From: Camelus ferus
Lineage: Eukaryota
Length of the DNA stretch: 64,000 bases
Assembly: GCF_009834535.1 (NCBI RefSeq)
Contig: NC_045697.1
Location: forward strand, 52,330,001 to 52,394,000
Direction of reading: 5' to 3'
Part shown: piece by piece, positions 53,620-64,000 of the stretch
Layout: each line of letters begins with the position of its first letter
Numbering within the stretch: the stretch's first letter is position 1
Notes under the pieces: model-generated
What the model was told of the DNA's origin: nothing
The model's database searches: none
The model's input: the letters and a program-made list of their open reading frames with translations, nothing else
Made by a program: the position numbers and the translations under genes

Positions 53620-54152
53620 TATCCAACCTTTAAAAAGAAGGAAATCCTGCCATTTGCAAAAGCATGGATGAACCTGGAGGACATTATGCTGAGTGAAATA
53701 AGCCAGGCAAGGAAAGACAAACATTGCACTGGATCATTTATAGATGGAATCTCCAAAAAAAAAAGAAGTCAAACCCACAGAAACAGAGAGTAGAATGGTC
53801 GTTGCCAGGAGGTAGGGGTTAGGGGAATAGGTAGAGCTGGTAAAAGGGTACACATTTTCAATTGTAAGAGAACTAAGATCTGAGGCTCTAACGTGTAACA
53901 CAATGACTATAGTTGATAATACTGTATTGTATAGTTGAAATTCCCTAATAGAGTAGAACTTAAATGTCCTCACCAAATCAAATCAAATCAAATCAAATCA
54001 AATCAAATCAAATCAAATCCACGAGGTCATGGATGTGTTAACTTAGTGGGAATCCTTTCAGAATTTATAAGAATATGAAATTGTCATGTTGTACACTTTA
54101 AATATATTACAATCTTACTTGTCAATTATATGTCAATAAAGCTGAAAAAAAA
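53620..54152 (+). mobile_element. L1 3' end (L1MA-type)
   Basis: AAAAAGAAGGAAATCCTGCCATTTGC...ATGGATGAACCTGGAGGACATTATGCTGAGTGAAATAAGCCAG...TGTCAATTATATGTCAATAAAGCTGAAAAAAAA. Confidence 0.88.
53975..54019. repeat. Perfect (AAATC)9 pentanucleotide repeat inside the L1
   Basis: Nine exact copies, counted directly. Confidence 0.95.
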
Positions 54153-55310
54153 TTCTGTTCACTGTCAATAAAAGAAGCTAGGAAAGGGGCCATTTAATGA
54201 CTATAAGTGAATGAGAGCAGATAAAGGCAAAAGAATTGAAATAAGGAAAACAAATAAAAGGAGAGACTATTAAGCTTCAGTCCTAGTTTTTCTCAATCCA
54301 TTCTGATCTTTGAAGGCTCTGGAATTGTTCATCTTTTAACCTAGTGCTAGCTGCTGCCAGGGCTTCCCTAGTCTATCAGTAAAACAAGTACACATGCACA
54401 CTGTTTTCTTATTCTCTCTGTTTCACTACATGCCACCGAAAGAGTCAAAATAGGATAAAGGATGCTTGGCCCAAACAGAAAGACCTAGCATGAATCCATT
54501 CCATAAAGGAAGAAGATGCTAGTAAATTATTATTAACAAAACCTAGAATTTTATTACTATTTTGCTCTAAAATGCTTAAAGTACATTTTCTTATAATTAT
54601 TCCACTTGTTCACATTGAAACAGACAAGCGCATGTTAACAGGTATACTTTTATACTGGTTTTACTTTGAATGGGACCCAGACGCAAAATATGTCAGGTTT
54701 CTCGCCCAGGGTTACAGAGTCAACTAGAAGTGGAGCTGGTACCTAAACCCTGTACACCATTCTTCCTTTTCCTACCCAGCATTTCTGTTCACCAAAATCA
54801 GGATGATTCGTGTGGTCACAGAATTCAAGGTGGGAGAGTGCCTGCCAATGTTAGATGACGTGGGTCTTGTCTGTAAATTGAAATGTCTGACTTGTCTGAA
54901 CATTCGAAGGAAACTAGCATACGTGAAATCAAAAGCACTATTTAGAAGGTGTCTAGAAGCTGCTCTTCCTGAGCTAGATTCTTGAATGCAATTTTATGAG
55001 CTTCCTGTCACAAGAGAGTGAAGGTCTTTTTGCAACACACATCTCTGCCTGAAAACAAGGAGTAAGGAGTGAGGAGGGAGGAGGGAGGTATTCCAGGCTC
55101 TTTCTTTGTGAAATGAATGACAGATAATAAAGACCACGAGTGAACTAAAACAGGATTCCAATCCGAACTTTTAGTAACTTCTCTCAAGTTCTGGATACAT
55201 GTCAATTTGCTAACTAAATTCTTTTTATCTCTTCCATTTTCCTTTGAAATAAGCTATGAAAGCACATTGGCTCTTAAAATCCCAAAAGAGCAGTATCAAA
55301 AGGACAGTAA

Positions 55311-55406
55311 GGGGGGGAAGGGTATAGCTCAGTGGTAGAGCACATGCTTAGTACACACAAGGTCCTGTGTTTAATCCCCAGCACCTCCATTAAGAAAAAA
55401 AAAAAA
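55311..55406 (+). mobile_element. tRNA-Ala-derived SINE (Vic-1-like, short form)
   Basis: GGGGGGGAAGGGTATAGCTCAGTGGTAGAGCACATGCTTAGT...AATCCCCAGCACCTCCATT plus A tail; degenerate TSD AAAAGGACAGTAAG / AAAAGACCATAAG. Confidence 0.88.
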
Positions 55407-58400
55407 GACCATAAGAAGTATATACATTTCCTACTTATTTTAATAAGTAGTTGCTTCAAGAGAAAGACTTCAAAATAAATATATAAACAAGCACTTCCAT
55501 AAATACATATTGGCAGAATATTGTAGAGTCCATAAATAAGTTTAAAAATAAATTCCTTTAAGCTCACAGGAGAGAAAACAATCAATTCCAATTGGGAACT
55601 TGGTCTACAAGAGCCCCTGGTCACCACTTGGATCCAGACACATATGAAGCAGATACTTTGGCAACCAATTGCAGAATGACCTGTGTATACAGGATTTGTA
55701 ATATGTTTAATTAGGCTTCTGGAAAGGTGAAATGGAAAAGCCAAAATACACTGCATTCTGTTTCTCTTCACTATTTGCTCAGCCCAATGGCTTACAAAAC
55801 AAAGAAACTCTTTGCCCAAGGAATCTGGCTAATTTAGAATTAGCCAATTGTCACTGGGACACTCTGTGTCCCGTACTTGGTTTCAGGGTATTTCCACTGG
55901 TTGATCATTTTACGTCCCTTGGATTTTCACTTCTTGATCCTTCTTTCCGTGTATCAAATTCTAGCCGATCCTCTGGAATGGAGGAATGTTCACTGTCAGT
56001 AACAGATGTTTAAAAAGGTGTCTATGAGTTTTCCGTCTTCAACTGGCTTTTCTTTTTATGTTTACTGAGAGATCTAGAGAAAGAACAGGCTGCAGGAACT
56101 ATAAGCCGAAAAAGGAGGTGATATCCACATGTCAGTGTTAGTGCAGTTTCTACGTAGGGAATGTCAACTGTACTGGGTAAGACTGTTCTTCTTTATCCTC
56201 CAGTGATCTAGTACCAGGAACTAGCCACATGAATCCTCCGCAGGAACAATACCGACAGGAATACGCACAAAAGCTCACTTGAGGCTAAGAGGTCAACTAT
56301 GAGCAACAACCAGCCACTGAGGCAGATCTCTCTGCTCTGACTGCGCCAGCACGTCACAGTGTGGAGAAAGGCGTGCAGGAGGACCACGCTGGACTTCTGG
56401 CTCCTCCACCTTCTGGAACACAGTGTCCCCAGACTCCCTTGCCACACAACTGTCAAGAAGTTACCTCACTCCTCTTCACCATAGGTCCTGCATTTGTGAA
56501 ACTGGATTTGACACCATCCACCTCACATGGTTTCCATGTGAATTAAATAAGACAATGTAGGTAAAATTGCTAACACAGTGTCCAATACCAGGTAAACTAA
56601 ATAAATGGTAGCCAAGATTACTAGTAGCTTTATGATCCAGAGAAAGCAGAATTTCACCCCAGGAAGAATGTCAGCTACCTCACAAGGTTTATGCGATAAA
56701 ATATAGTTTATTAAAGTCCACTAATAAAACCTCTGGCATCTGGATGGTGCTTAATAAATGTTAGTCAAATCTGAATTTCTGCCCTCAGCATTCCCTCCTA
56801 GCATGGAACTGATTAACCTGCTCTGAATAAGAAAAAATTTAAGAGTAGTCTCCACAATAATGAAACTTTTATTCCATTCTATTTAAGTAACATCTTAAGG
56901 AAACTACATAACAAGAACATAGATCTAGAATAAAACTGAGTAAGTTTCTTGCCTGTGTGGTTATGTCAGATTTATTGAAAGGTCTTTGGTAACTTGAGCA
57001 CACAAGTGTTTCTTGATAAAGTCAAATATTTATACTCTAAGTCTCTAGACCAATAAGAGGGCAAAAATGGCTTTTGTTAGGATGACAAGGTGAATGAGGA
57101 AAACTTTGGGAAAAGCAGCTCTTGAGAAATTAGCTGCCACTATCTCAGCCTTATGTCTTAAACAAAATTAATGGCAAGTTTTTATTCACTCTTTGTTGTT
57201 ATTATCCTTTTTGTTTTCCTAAGTATTTTTACCAAGCCTCATGTGTGAGATTTTCACTGTCACTAGACAAGTTCAAGTTACGAGCCCTTTAATCCACCGG
57301 ACACGTTCACCTATGACACTGCACTGGAGCTGAGCTACCATCTGGTATTAAGTGGGATATATTTAGCCACTACTTTTCTCCAAACTTCTCTTCCATACCT
57401 ACCCACCATTACATTTAGGATATGCATGGACACTATTCTGGGGTACATTTTCCAAATCTGTGTTTTATTCCAACCCAACACTAGGCCATTATCCAGGTCT
57501 GGTGATTATCCAAATTCACTGCTTCTTTTCTCATTCCTGCAAGTGTTACACAGACACTGCTAAAACATACGTTAGGTCAATAAAAGGAGACTGAAATGAT
57601 GAGTCTTTCAAATATCCATGGTTTTCTCAAAAGACCATGTCACCATGGATGACACAGTGCCAGACGTGCTGGGAAAGCATCTTGGCAGACACAGAGCCTA
57701 AAGTGGGGCTCCCATAGAAGGCCCTGCACTTCCCGTTTAGCCATCAGTCTATGATTAAACCTACTGTATCATCTAAAGAGGGAATGACATATAATAAAAA
57801 TAAAACTGCAGATCGCATAGACTACGGTGCAGGGCATGGAAGATGAATCAGGATTATCTTCCATGACCTAATTTTCTTTAAATGTGCTAATTATGAAACA
57901 CATATTGACTATAATATGGGACCACAGGAAACACGATCCAGCAGCTCTTTTTAATGGTTATAACATATTGGTGCATAGCATTTATTAAGATAATAGAAAA
58001 ATTATATAGGAAAAAAATGGTGATGAAATTCCACTCTGGTGACAACTATTTTGGAGCATTTGGAAGCCTCCCCCTGCTGTGAATAAACCGAAATGGAAGC
58101 CATGCTTAATTCCAATTGCTTGACTTGGTCCAACAGTTTCATACCAGGGAAAAGGCCGTGTTTCACTTAGAGATACTACAGACAGCGATGTACTTGGCGC
58201 CTGAGAAAGGCTTTATTCCTCTTAATCATTCATCCATTATTAAGCATGTTCTCCCTGGAGCAGTCAACCCTAAATAAATAAAATATATCCCTCCTGCTGA
58301 GAGTAAAATATAGTGTCTATCTCCTAGAGGCAACTTTTCTTGCCTTCCTAATTTGTTTATCATATTTAGTAAGTACTTTTCCCCCTCCAGATACAAAACC

Positions 58401-58852
58401 AACACCTGGTCAGAAAATTTATTTTGACCTTTTCCAAAATATTAACACACCCTTGAGTGTGTAGTCACTGCAACCTTGACACATTAGGTAAATGAACACA
58501 GGCACTAGGGTAGAAATTATTTCTAAAAGTCTTCATCAAATGGATTTCTGATCGTTCATTCAAAAAGTAATTAACACTTTTTTAAAAAAAACACATTTGA
58601 TAAAAACCACCATGTGTATATATATGTATGTGTGTGCACCTGTGCACGTGTAGGCATGTGGTGTGTGTATGGTGTGTGTTCTACTTCACTGCAAGTAGAA
58701 CACAATTCTTAAAAAGCAATGAACTAGACCCTCAGTAAATTTTTGTTGATGGCAGAAGGGGAAGGAAAAAAGGCAGGAGAAGGAAGAGAAGGAGAAAGGA
58801 AAAGAGGAAGAAAGAAAGTCTATGTTCTGTTCCCTATTTACAAAATTCTAGC

Positions 58853-59255
58853 TTTTTTTTTTTTTAAGTATAGTTGATTTACAATGTTGTGTTAGTTTCT
58901 AGCATACAGCATAGTTATTCAGTTATATATATATATATTCTTTTTCATATTCTTTTTCATTATAGGTTATTACAAGATATTAAATATAGTTCTCTGTGCT
59001 GTACAGTAGGCCCTTGTTGTCTGTCTATTTTATATATAGTAGTTTGCATCTGCTAATCCCAAAAGTCCTAATTTATTCCCCCCATCCCTTTTTCTCTTTT
59101 GGTAACCAGAAATTTGTTTTCTATGTCTGTTGGTCTGTTTCTGTTCTGTAAATAAGTTTATTTGTGTCATTTTTTAAGATTCCATACATACGTGATATAT
59201 GATGCTTGTCTTCCTCTGATTTATCTTCACTTAGTATGATAATCTCTAGGTGCAT
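58853..59255 (-). mobile_element. L1 3' end, sense to SLC4A4
   Basis: Poly-T then AAGTATAGTTGATTTACAATGTTGTGTTAGTTTCT...TTCACTTAGTATGATAATCTCTAGGT; reverse complement of the 17621-18096 type. Confidence 0.92.
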
Positions 59256-59654
59256 TTCTGCTTTTGAATGAATTAGATTCTTCCAAGAAGAACTGGACAT
59301 CTCACGTCTAGGATTTTAAAGCCTTTTTCTACATGACTACGTATAGTGTACAATATTTTTGTAGCCTTAAGATTCAGAGGAATAGTATTAAATGATCTAA
59401 CATGATGCACTGAACTCCTTAACATTTTTTCTTTTAAATACTGCTTCAGTATTTCATATTTATCTACAACAGTACCTTAGCTTTTGTTTGTTTACTTGTT
59501 TGATAAGCTTCCAGTGGAAGCTTAGTCAGTCTCTTTCTCTAGGAAAATTTCAAGGGAAGTTTAATGTCTGACCCCCTTTTAAAGAACACAACTACAAGAT
59601 TAATCTGCTGGGGCATCCTTTGTGGGACAAAGAGAAATGAGAAAAAGAACAAAT

Positions 59655-59875
59655 TTTTACTCAGTGTCTCGTAAGTGCAAGATAATTTTACACAGATTAT
59701 TTCATTTAATCCTTATAGTAACCTCTGAGAGTAGGTACAATTACTAACCCAGCTCACAGATTATGAAACAAAGAGAACTAGGAAATTAGCGTAGCCCAGG
59801 ATTAGGTGGCTACTTAGAGCTGAATTCAAACCCAGTTTCCTTTACTCCAAACTCCTTACTGTTTATACTATACCA
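59655..59875 (-). mobile_element. MIR SINE remnant
   Basis: TCATTTAATCCTTATAGTAACCTCTGAGAGTAGGTAC...CACAGATTATGAAAC...GAATTCAAACCCAG. Confidence 0.65.
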
Positions 59876-61084
59876 CACTAACAATTTCCTAAATTGGGAT
59901 ATTTGTGATGAGAAGAAATATTGTGAATCGTCCTTCAATTGCATATTTTTCATTTTCACTTTAGGCTTTTGAAATGAAGCATCTTCCTCCTCATACACCT
60001 CTGCGATGTAACCTTCAAGGCAGAGTGGGAAACAGAACTTCTCCTACCTCTACATTAATGAATGGCTACCCTATTCCTCAGAAAAGGGAATGTTAGCACA
60101 AAACCTAGGTGCCAGGAACCTGACTGATACGTCAAACTTCATGGCTGACTTTCCTTTTAGCAACTGCAACTGTGCTTCCTTGTTCTTCAATAAATGAGAA
60201 CCTGGGTGTGTGATGTGGGTTATTTACTGGGCGACAGATGGAGGCAGGAGGAAAAGAGGAAAAGGTGCATTCAGAAAAGGAAATTCAGGAGGTGATGAAG
60301 TTTTATGAAAATAAGTGAGAACAAGAAAGATCAGGAAGGGAGGAGGAAGGGCTGTCTTCACAAAGCGCCATAAAACCACAATATTATTGTGGCCACAAAT
60401 ACAGTTTTCTTAGTGATTAAGTGACCCTATTTCCTTTCCTGTAAAATCATTTCTCAGTGTGCAGGATCACAACTCCATCTGCGCAGTTGCTGGTTCACTG
60501 TTACACACTGTCCCAGGGTTGAAAAACAAGTTATCTGCCAGTTTAAATATTATTGACTCATTGATTAAATTCTTTTACTAGGAGTGCATGTTGTGGTAAA
60601 AGGCCAGCCTTTTGCTGTTTTTAGAATACTTACTCTAGCTGTACATGCAACTATATTATTCTCTCACTATCATTTTTCAGTTTGGTGTCACAAAGTACTG
60701 AATTTATGGTGAATCTAAGCAGTCTTCTATCAAAAAGTGTTAAGGTGATGGGAGAAATATGCAATTGTTAATCTTATGGGCTTCTGGAAAACATGAGATT
60801 GTCATGAAAATGCAAATTATCCATTTGCCTTTTTCTACACCAGAAACAAATCTCATCTCCATAGGCTTAAATAATCCCTCACATTCACATACGTATCTTT
60901 CATGAATGCCACTCATCCGAACAACTCTAAAACTACAGGGTGCAACCAATGGGCCTGTTGCAGAATAAGCCAATCGCCCAACAAAATTTGCTTAGAAGGG
61001 AGAATGATGAAGACTGGTTTGCTTGATCTATCACTCATCCTTACGAACCCTAAGTTTTAATAATAATGGCTATTAAATGGTTAA

Positions 61085-61305
61085 CATTGAATTACTTATT
61101 AGAAACTGTCCAAAATATTTTGTCTGTAATACCTCATTTTTTTCTTCAAAATAATTCTATAAGATAGGTACTATTATAACCCCATTTTACAGATGAGGAA
61201 GGTAAGGCAAAGCTACCTTGGGAAAAGGAACTTGCCCAAAGTCATACACTGGGCATTAGCCAAGCTGAGACTTGAATACAAGATTTCCTGACTTCAAAGC
61301 CCTGC
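61085..61305 (-). mobile_element. MIR SINE remnant
   Basis: ATAGGTACTATTATAACCCCATTTTACAGATGAGGAA...AACTTGCCCAAAGTCATAC, reverse MIR core. Confidence 0.8.
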
Positions 61306-62594
61306 CACACTGCTTTACTGGTACCCCTGAGAGGTAATGGCAATTGTCACAGTCCTTCCAAGACAGCTCTGAGCTATTTAGGACAGACTTTTCACACAAC
61401 CTAGGGCAAACAGGTCAAAGGAAAAGCTATCTAATGCCAACTCATCCAGCACTCGCCATGCATGGGTAAAAGCCTCAATACCATTTTTTTCAAGAAAACA
61501 AAGATCCTTCTTGGAAATAGAATTCCAAATGATATATTTGTTGTATTTTTCACAATGAAAATGCATTCATGATATGTCTTCCCTGGTTTCACACTACCTT
61601 CTCTGCCAGCATCCAATTAAAACAAAGGCTGCAAGTTTCCATTAGCCTCAGGTGGGTGTGGGGCTGACACTCGGGAGTTCTTTGTGCAGGTGTGCTGACA
61701 AAGCCCTCATCTGGCTTTATGAATACTTCAAACCTCAAAACAGCCTACAGTATTTTTTGCCTTTAGAAAAATCTTAATGTCTGATGACTCAGACTTCCCT
61801 AAGAAGTCAGTATACAGACTTTTCCGTAAATAAATATACATATAAATAGATAGAAATAAATAAGTAAAACGGAAAGTTCAAAATCCCACAGTGAATTATG
61901 TCTGTAATCTGGTATTTTGAATGTGTGTTGTCTGCCTGTCTCCTGAAAGGCCAGGGAGCATGGTTACCGGGGGTTTGACCCCTACTCTCCCGGGAAGGGC
62001 TCTTATAGTCACGTAATGGTAACACGTTTCCTGGGGTTCTCTGGGGAGCATAATATTGAATTGTTTCTAATAATATCTGTCACTTATTGAGTGCTTACTC
62101 TTTTCCAAGCGCTTCTCAAGTTTTGAAATATTTCTAATCAGTATACATCTTAACAATAATAGGCCTTTATATCCATGGCATTCATGCTGCCTGAATCTTT
62201 AAATTTCTACTTTTTACCTGTCTCTGCCTGCTTTTATGCATGGATTTTATTTTAATGTGAGCTGATTTTCCCTAAATGAGACAAAAAGAATCCACGAGTG
62301 CAAAGGTCAACAATGCCCTTTCTTTTCATGGGTGTCACTGACTGACCCATTTTTAGGAAATAGCATTCTCTTCTCTCTTACCACTCAAGATGCATGTGGG
62401 TCTTGTAAGCCTTCACCACCAAAGTGGCCAAGAAGAGTGCAGAGACACCACCAAAATATCTGGGAGTAATCTGACATAGTCTGCACAAGCATCAAAAATT
62501 CTTCATAGTACCTTGTTGAGTTTTTAAATTCATAAGCATTTTGCATTCTAGTCTATAATATAATAACTATGTTTGTTTTACTGTAAACAGTAAG

Positions 62595-62644
62595 AAATTT
62601 CTCCCTAGACTCTATAAATAAAAATTTCTCCCTAGACTCTATAA
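62595..62644. repeat. Short tandem duplication, period 27
   Basis: AAATTTCTCCCTAGACTCTATAA occurs exactly at 62595-62617 and 62622-62644. Confidence 0.95.
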
Positions 62645-63763
62645 TAAAAATAAAAATGTACCCTACATTTAAGCCCAGGTATACACAGCCCTCCAAACAC
62701 TGCCGTGCTTCTGGGACTACAAGACTGTAGTCAAAAAGCATGGATTGTGTGTCATTTTTTATTTTAAGGGACAATGACCTATAGCTAATGGCAAAATTGA
62801 GAATCACTAGCACTATCAGCATTTAATTGGCTGACACAAATGTCTACATGCAGTTCTACCAGAGCAGATGCAAAGCAACTTTCACCAAAATGAATCTTCT
62901 TTTTTTTCCCAAATGCCTTCTACATTATAAATTGATGGTGAATTACTCCAAGAGAAAATTCCGAAGACCACATTGAGCACTTTTTTGTGAAAAAGTTCTG
63001 ATGCTGACTCAGGTTTACCAAGATGGATGTTAAAGGTCTAAGAGGTACAGAATCCTATTCCTTACCAAGAAGCTACTTTTACATTTTTCCTAACTCTGGA
63101 ATAGAAATCTCCTCCAAGAACATAATATTCCTTCTCGTACGCCTTTCTCTTATTTCTTCTTTTCCTTCCCTTTCCTTTCTTATTTACGTTGTCCAGTACA
63201 GACGAACTATAAGGCTCTAGTTTATCACTAGGAGACTCCAGTCTGAATTTCTTTTTTAACTTCATGCTTCAAATTATATAAAGTGAATCAGTATCTTGTA
63301 TCTTCTGTAAGTTTAAAATGATTGAGTTAGAATTTACTTATGGGAGTGATTCCTATAGGAATAAGGAGGCAGCAAAACATGGAGTGGAAGTTCAGAGGAC
63401 TAGGCTTGTCTGGTCCTGATATCTGTTAATACAGGGACCTGGCTTCCCCACCTATCAGATAAGATCAAGAATAATGTACCCATAATTTCCTTGCAAATAA
63501 GGCAGCTTGAGTTAATTTCAAAGTATTGAGCTAACTATGCTCACGTGCCAGAGCTCCTGGTTTCACTTCCTGGCTGGGTCACAGGGCTAAGATACCTCCA
63601 GGCAATGAGACTATGAATTCAGCAGGGGGGTTTCTCAGAGAATACAGAACAAAACCCTTTCCTGAAGACCCTGATACCATGTTGAAAGCAGGGCGTGCCT
63701 GGAGGCTACTGCTTCCTCCAAACACAGGGTAATAAGCACAAACACTGTGCACAATGTCCTCAC

Positions 63764-64000
63764 CTGGGTCCGGCGGCATACAAACACAGGAAAATTGAGT
63801 GTTGTAGCCCACTTTGAAGTTGGAGTTGATGGGGTAGTAATCAGCTAGCTTGATCATCTTCTTGAAAGCATCGTAGATAAAGATGAAGCTAATCAGAGAG
63901 GAGAAGCCCTCTTCGGTGAAGCGCGTGAAATACTGAACCAAGAAGCTGGCGTCGGTGGCCACCAAAATGAAGCACAGGAAGGCTGACCACAGGCCAATCC
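63764..64000 (-). CDS. SLC4A4: SLC4A4 coding exon (5' part outside window): [78 protein letters not shown]
   Basis: Translation matches NBCe1 TM4-TM5 with the TRFTEE motif, the KKMIK DIDS motif and the first two EL3 cysteines; donor CAG|GTGAGG at 63763, phase 1. Confidence 0.97.

Larger units (their letters stand above)
1..64000 (-). other. SLC4A4: SLC4A4 gene body (partial; extends beyond both window ends); 9 coding exons and 8 complete introns of 11288, 12023, 13379, 1190, 13469, 1150, 7554 and 2296 nt in transcript order
   Basis: Exons splice in frame (237+71+192+114+162+179+73+69+174 = 1271 nt) into a continuous NBCe1 transmembrane-domain sequence; all introns are GT-AG. Confidence 0.97.

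Noticed and set aside
16154..55406. Three tRNA-Ala-like sequences as functional tRNA genes
   Set aside because: They have poly(A) tails, TSDs, extra 5' G runs and disrupted stems, and lack an adjacent oligo-T terminator; they are SINEs.
55274..55819. 181-aa - strand ORF
   Set aside because: Non-ATG start, runs through an antisense SINE and its poly-T, no recognisable domain.
63579..63763. ORF continuation past PPDP ([12 protein letters not shown]...)
   Set aside because: It reads through a good GTGAGG donor, NBCe1 similarity stops there, and the phase fits the 71-nt exon.
1..64000. A novel multi-gene system, CRISPR array or second protein-coding gene
   Set aside because: All convincing coding signal belongs to SLC4A4 exons or L1 ORF2. 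There is no repeat-spacer array; direct repeats are microsatellites, TSDs or two-copy duplications.

Overview
This is mammalian genomic DNA lying wholly inside one gene on the minus strand: SLC4A4 (NBCe1, electrogenic Na+/bicarbonate cotransporter 1). Nine coding exons can be read (the first is cut by the window edge), all with GT-AG boundaries and consistent phases. They splice to 1,271 nt of open frame covering about residues 512-935 in human NBCe1-A numbering (recalled, not aligned): most of the transmembrane domain, including the KKMIK DIDS motif and the glycosylated, disulfide-bonded extracellular loop 3. The other ~98% is intron filled with L1, L2, MIR, MaLR/ERVL LTR, hAT and mariner remnants and microsatellites. 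tRNA-Ala(AGC)-derived SINEs resembling the Vic-1 family suggest a camelid genome. I found no evidence of a novel multi-gene system, CRISPR array or second gene. Best second-look items: (i) one 13-bp target present three times, bracketing two opposite-orientation retro-insertions, one an unidentified polyadenylated non-TE-looking sequence; (ii) Phe at the position equivalent to the human disease site L522, and Met at the T678 equivalent; (iii) a tail-less internal L1 ORF2 fragment; (iv) a well-preserved MER53 hairpin with a miR-1302-like arm. Repeat family names come from recalled consensus sequences and their boundaries are approximate.
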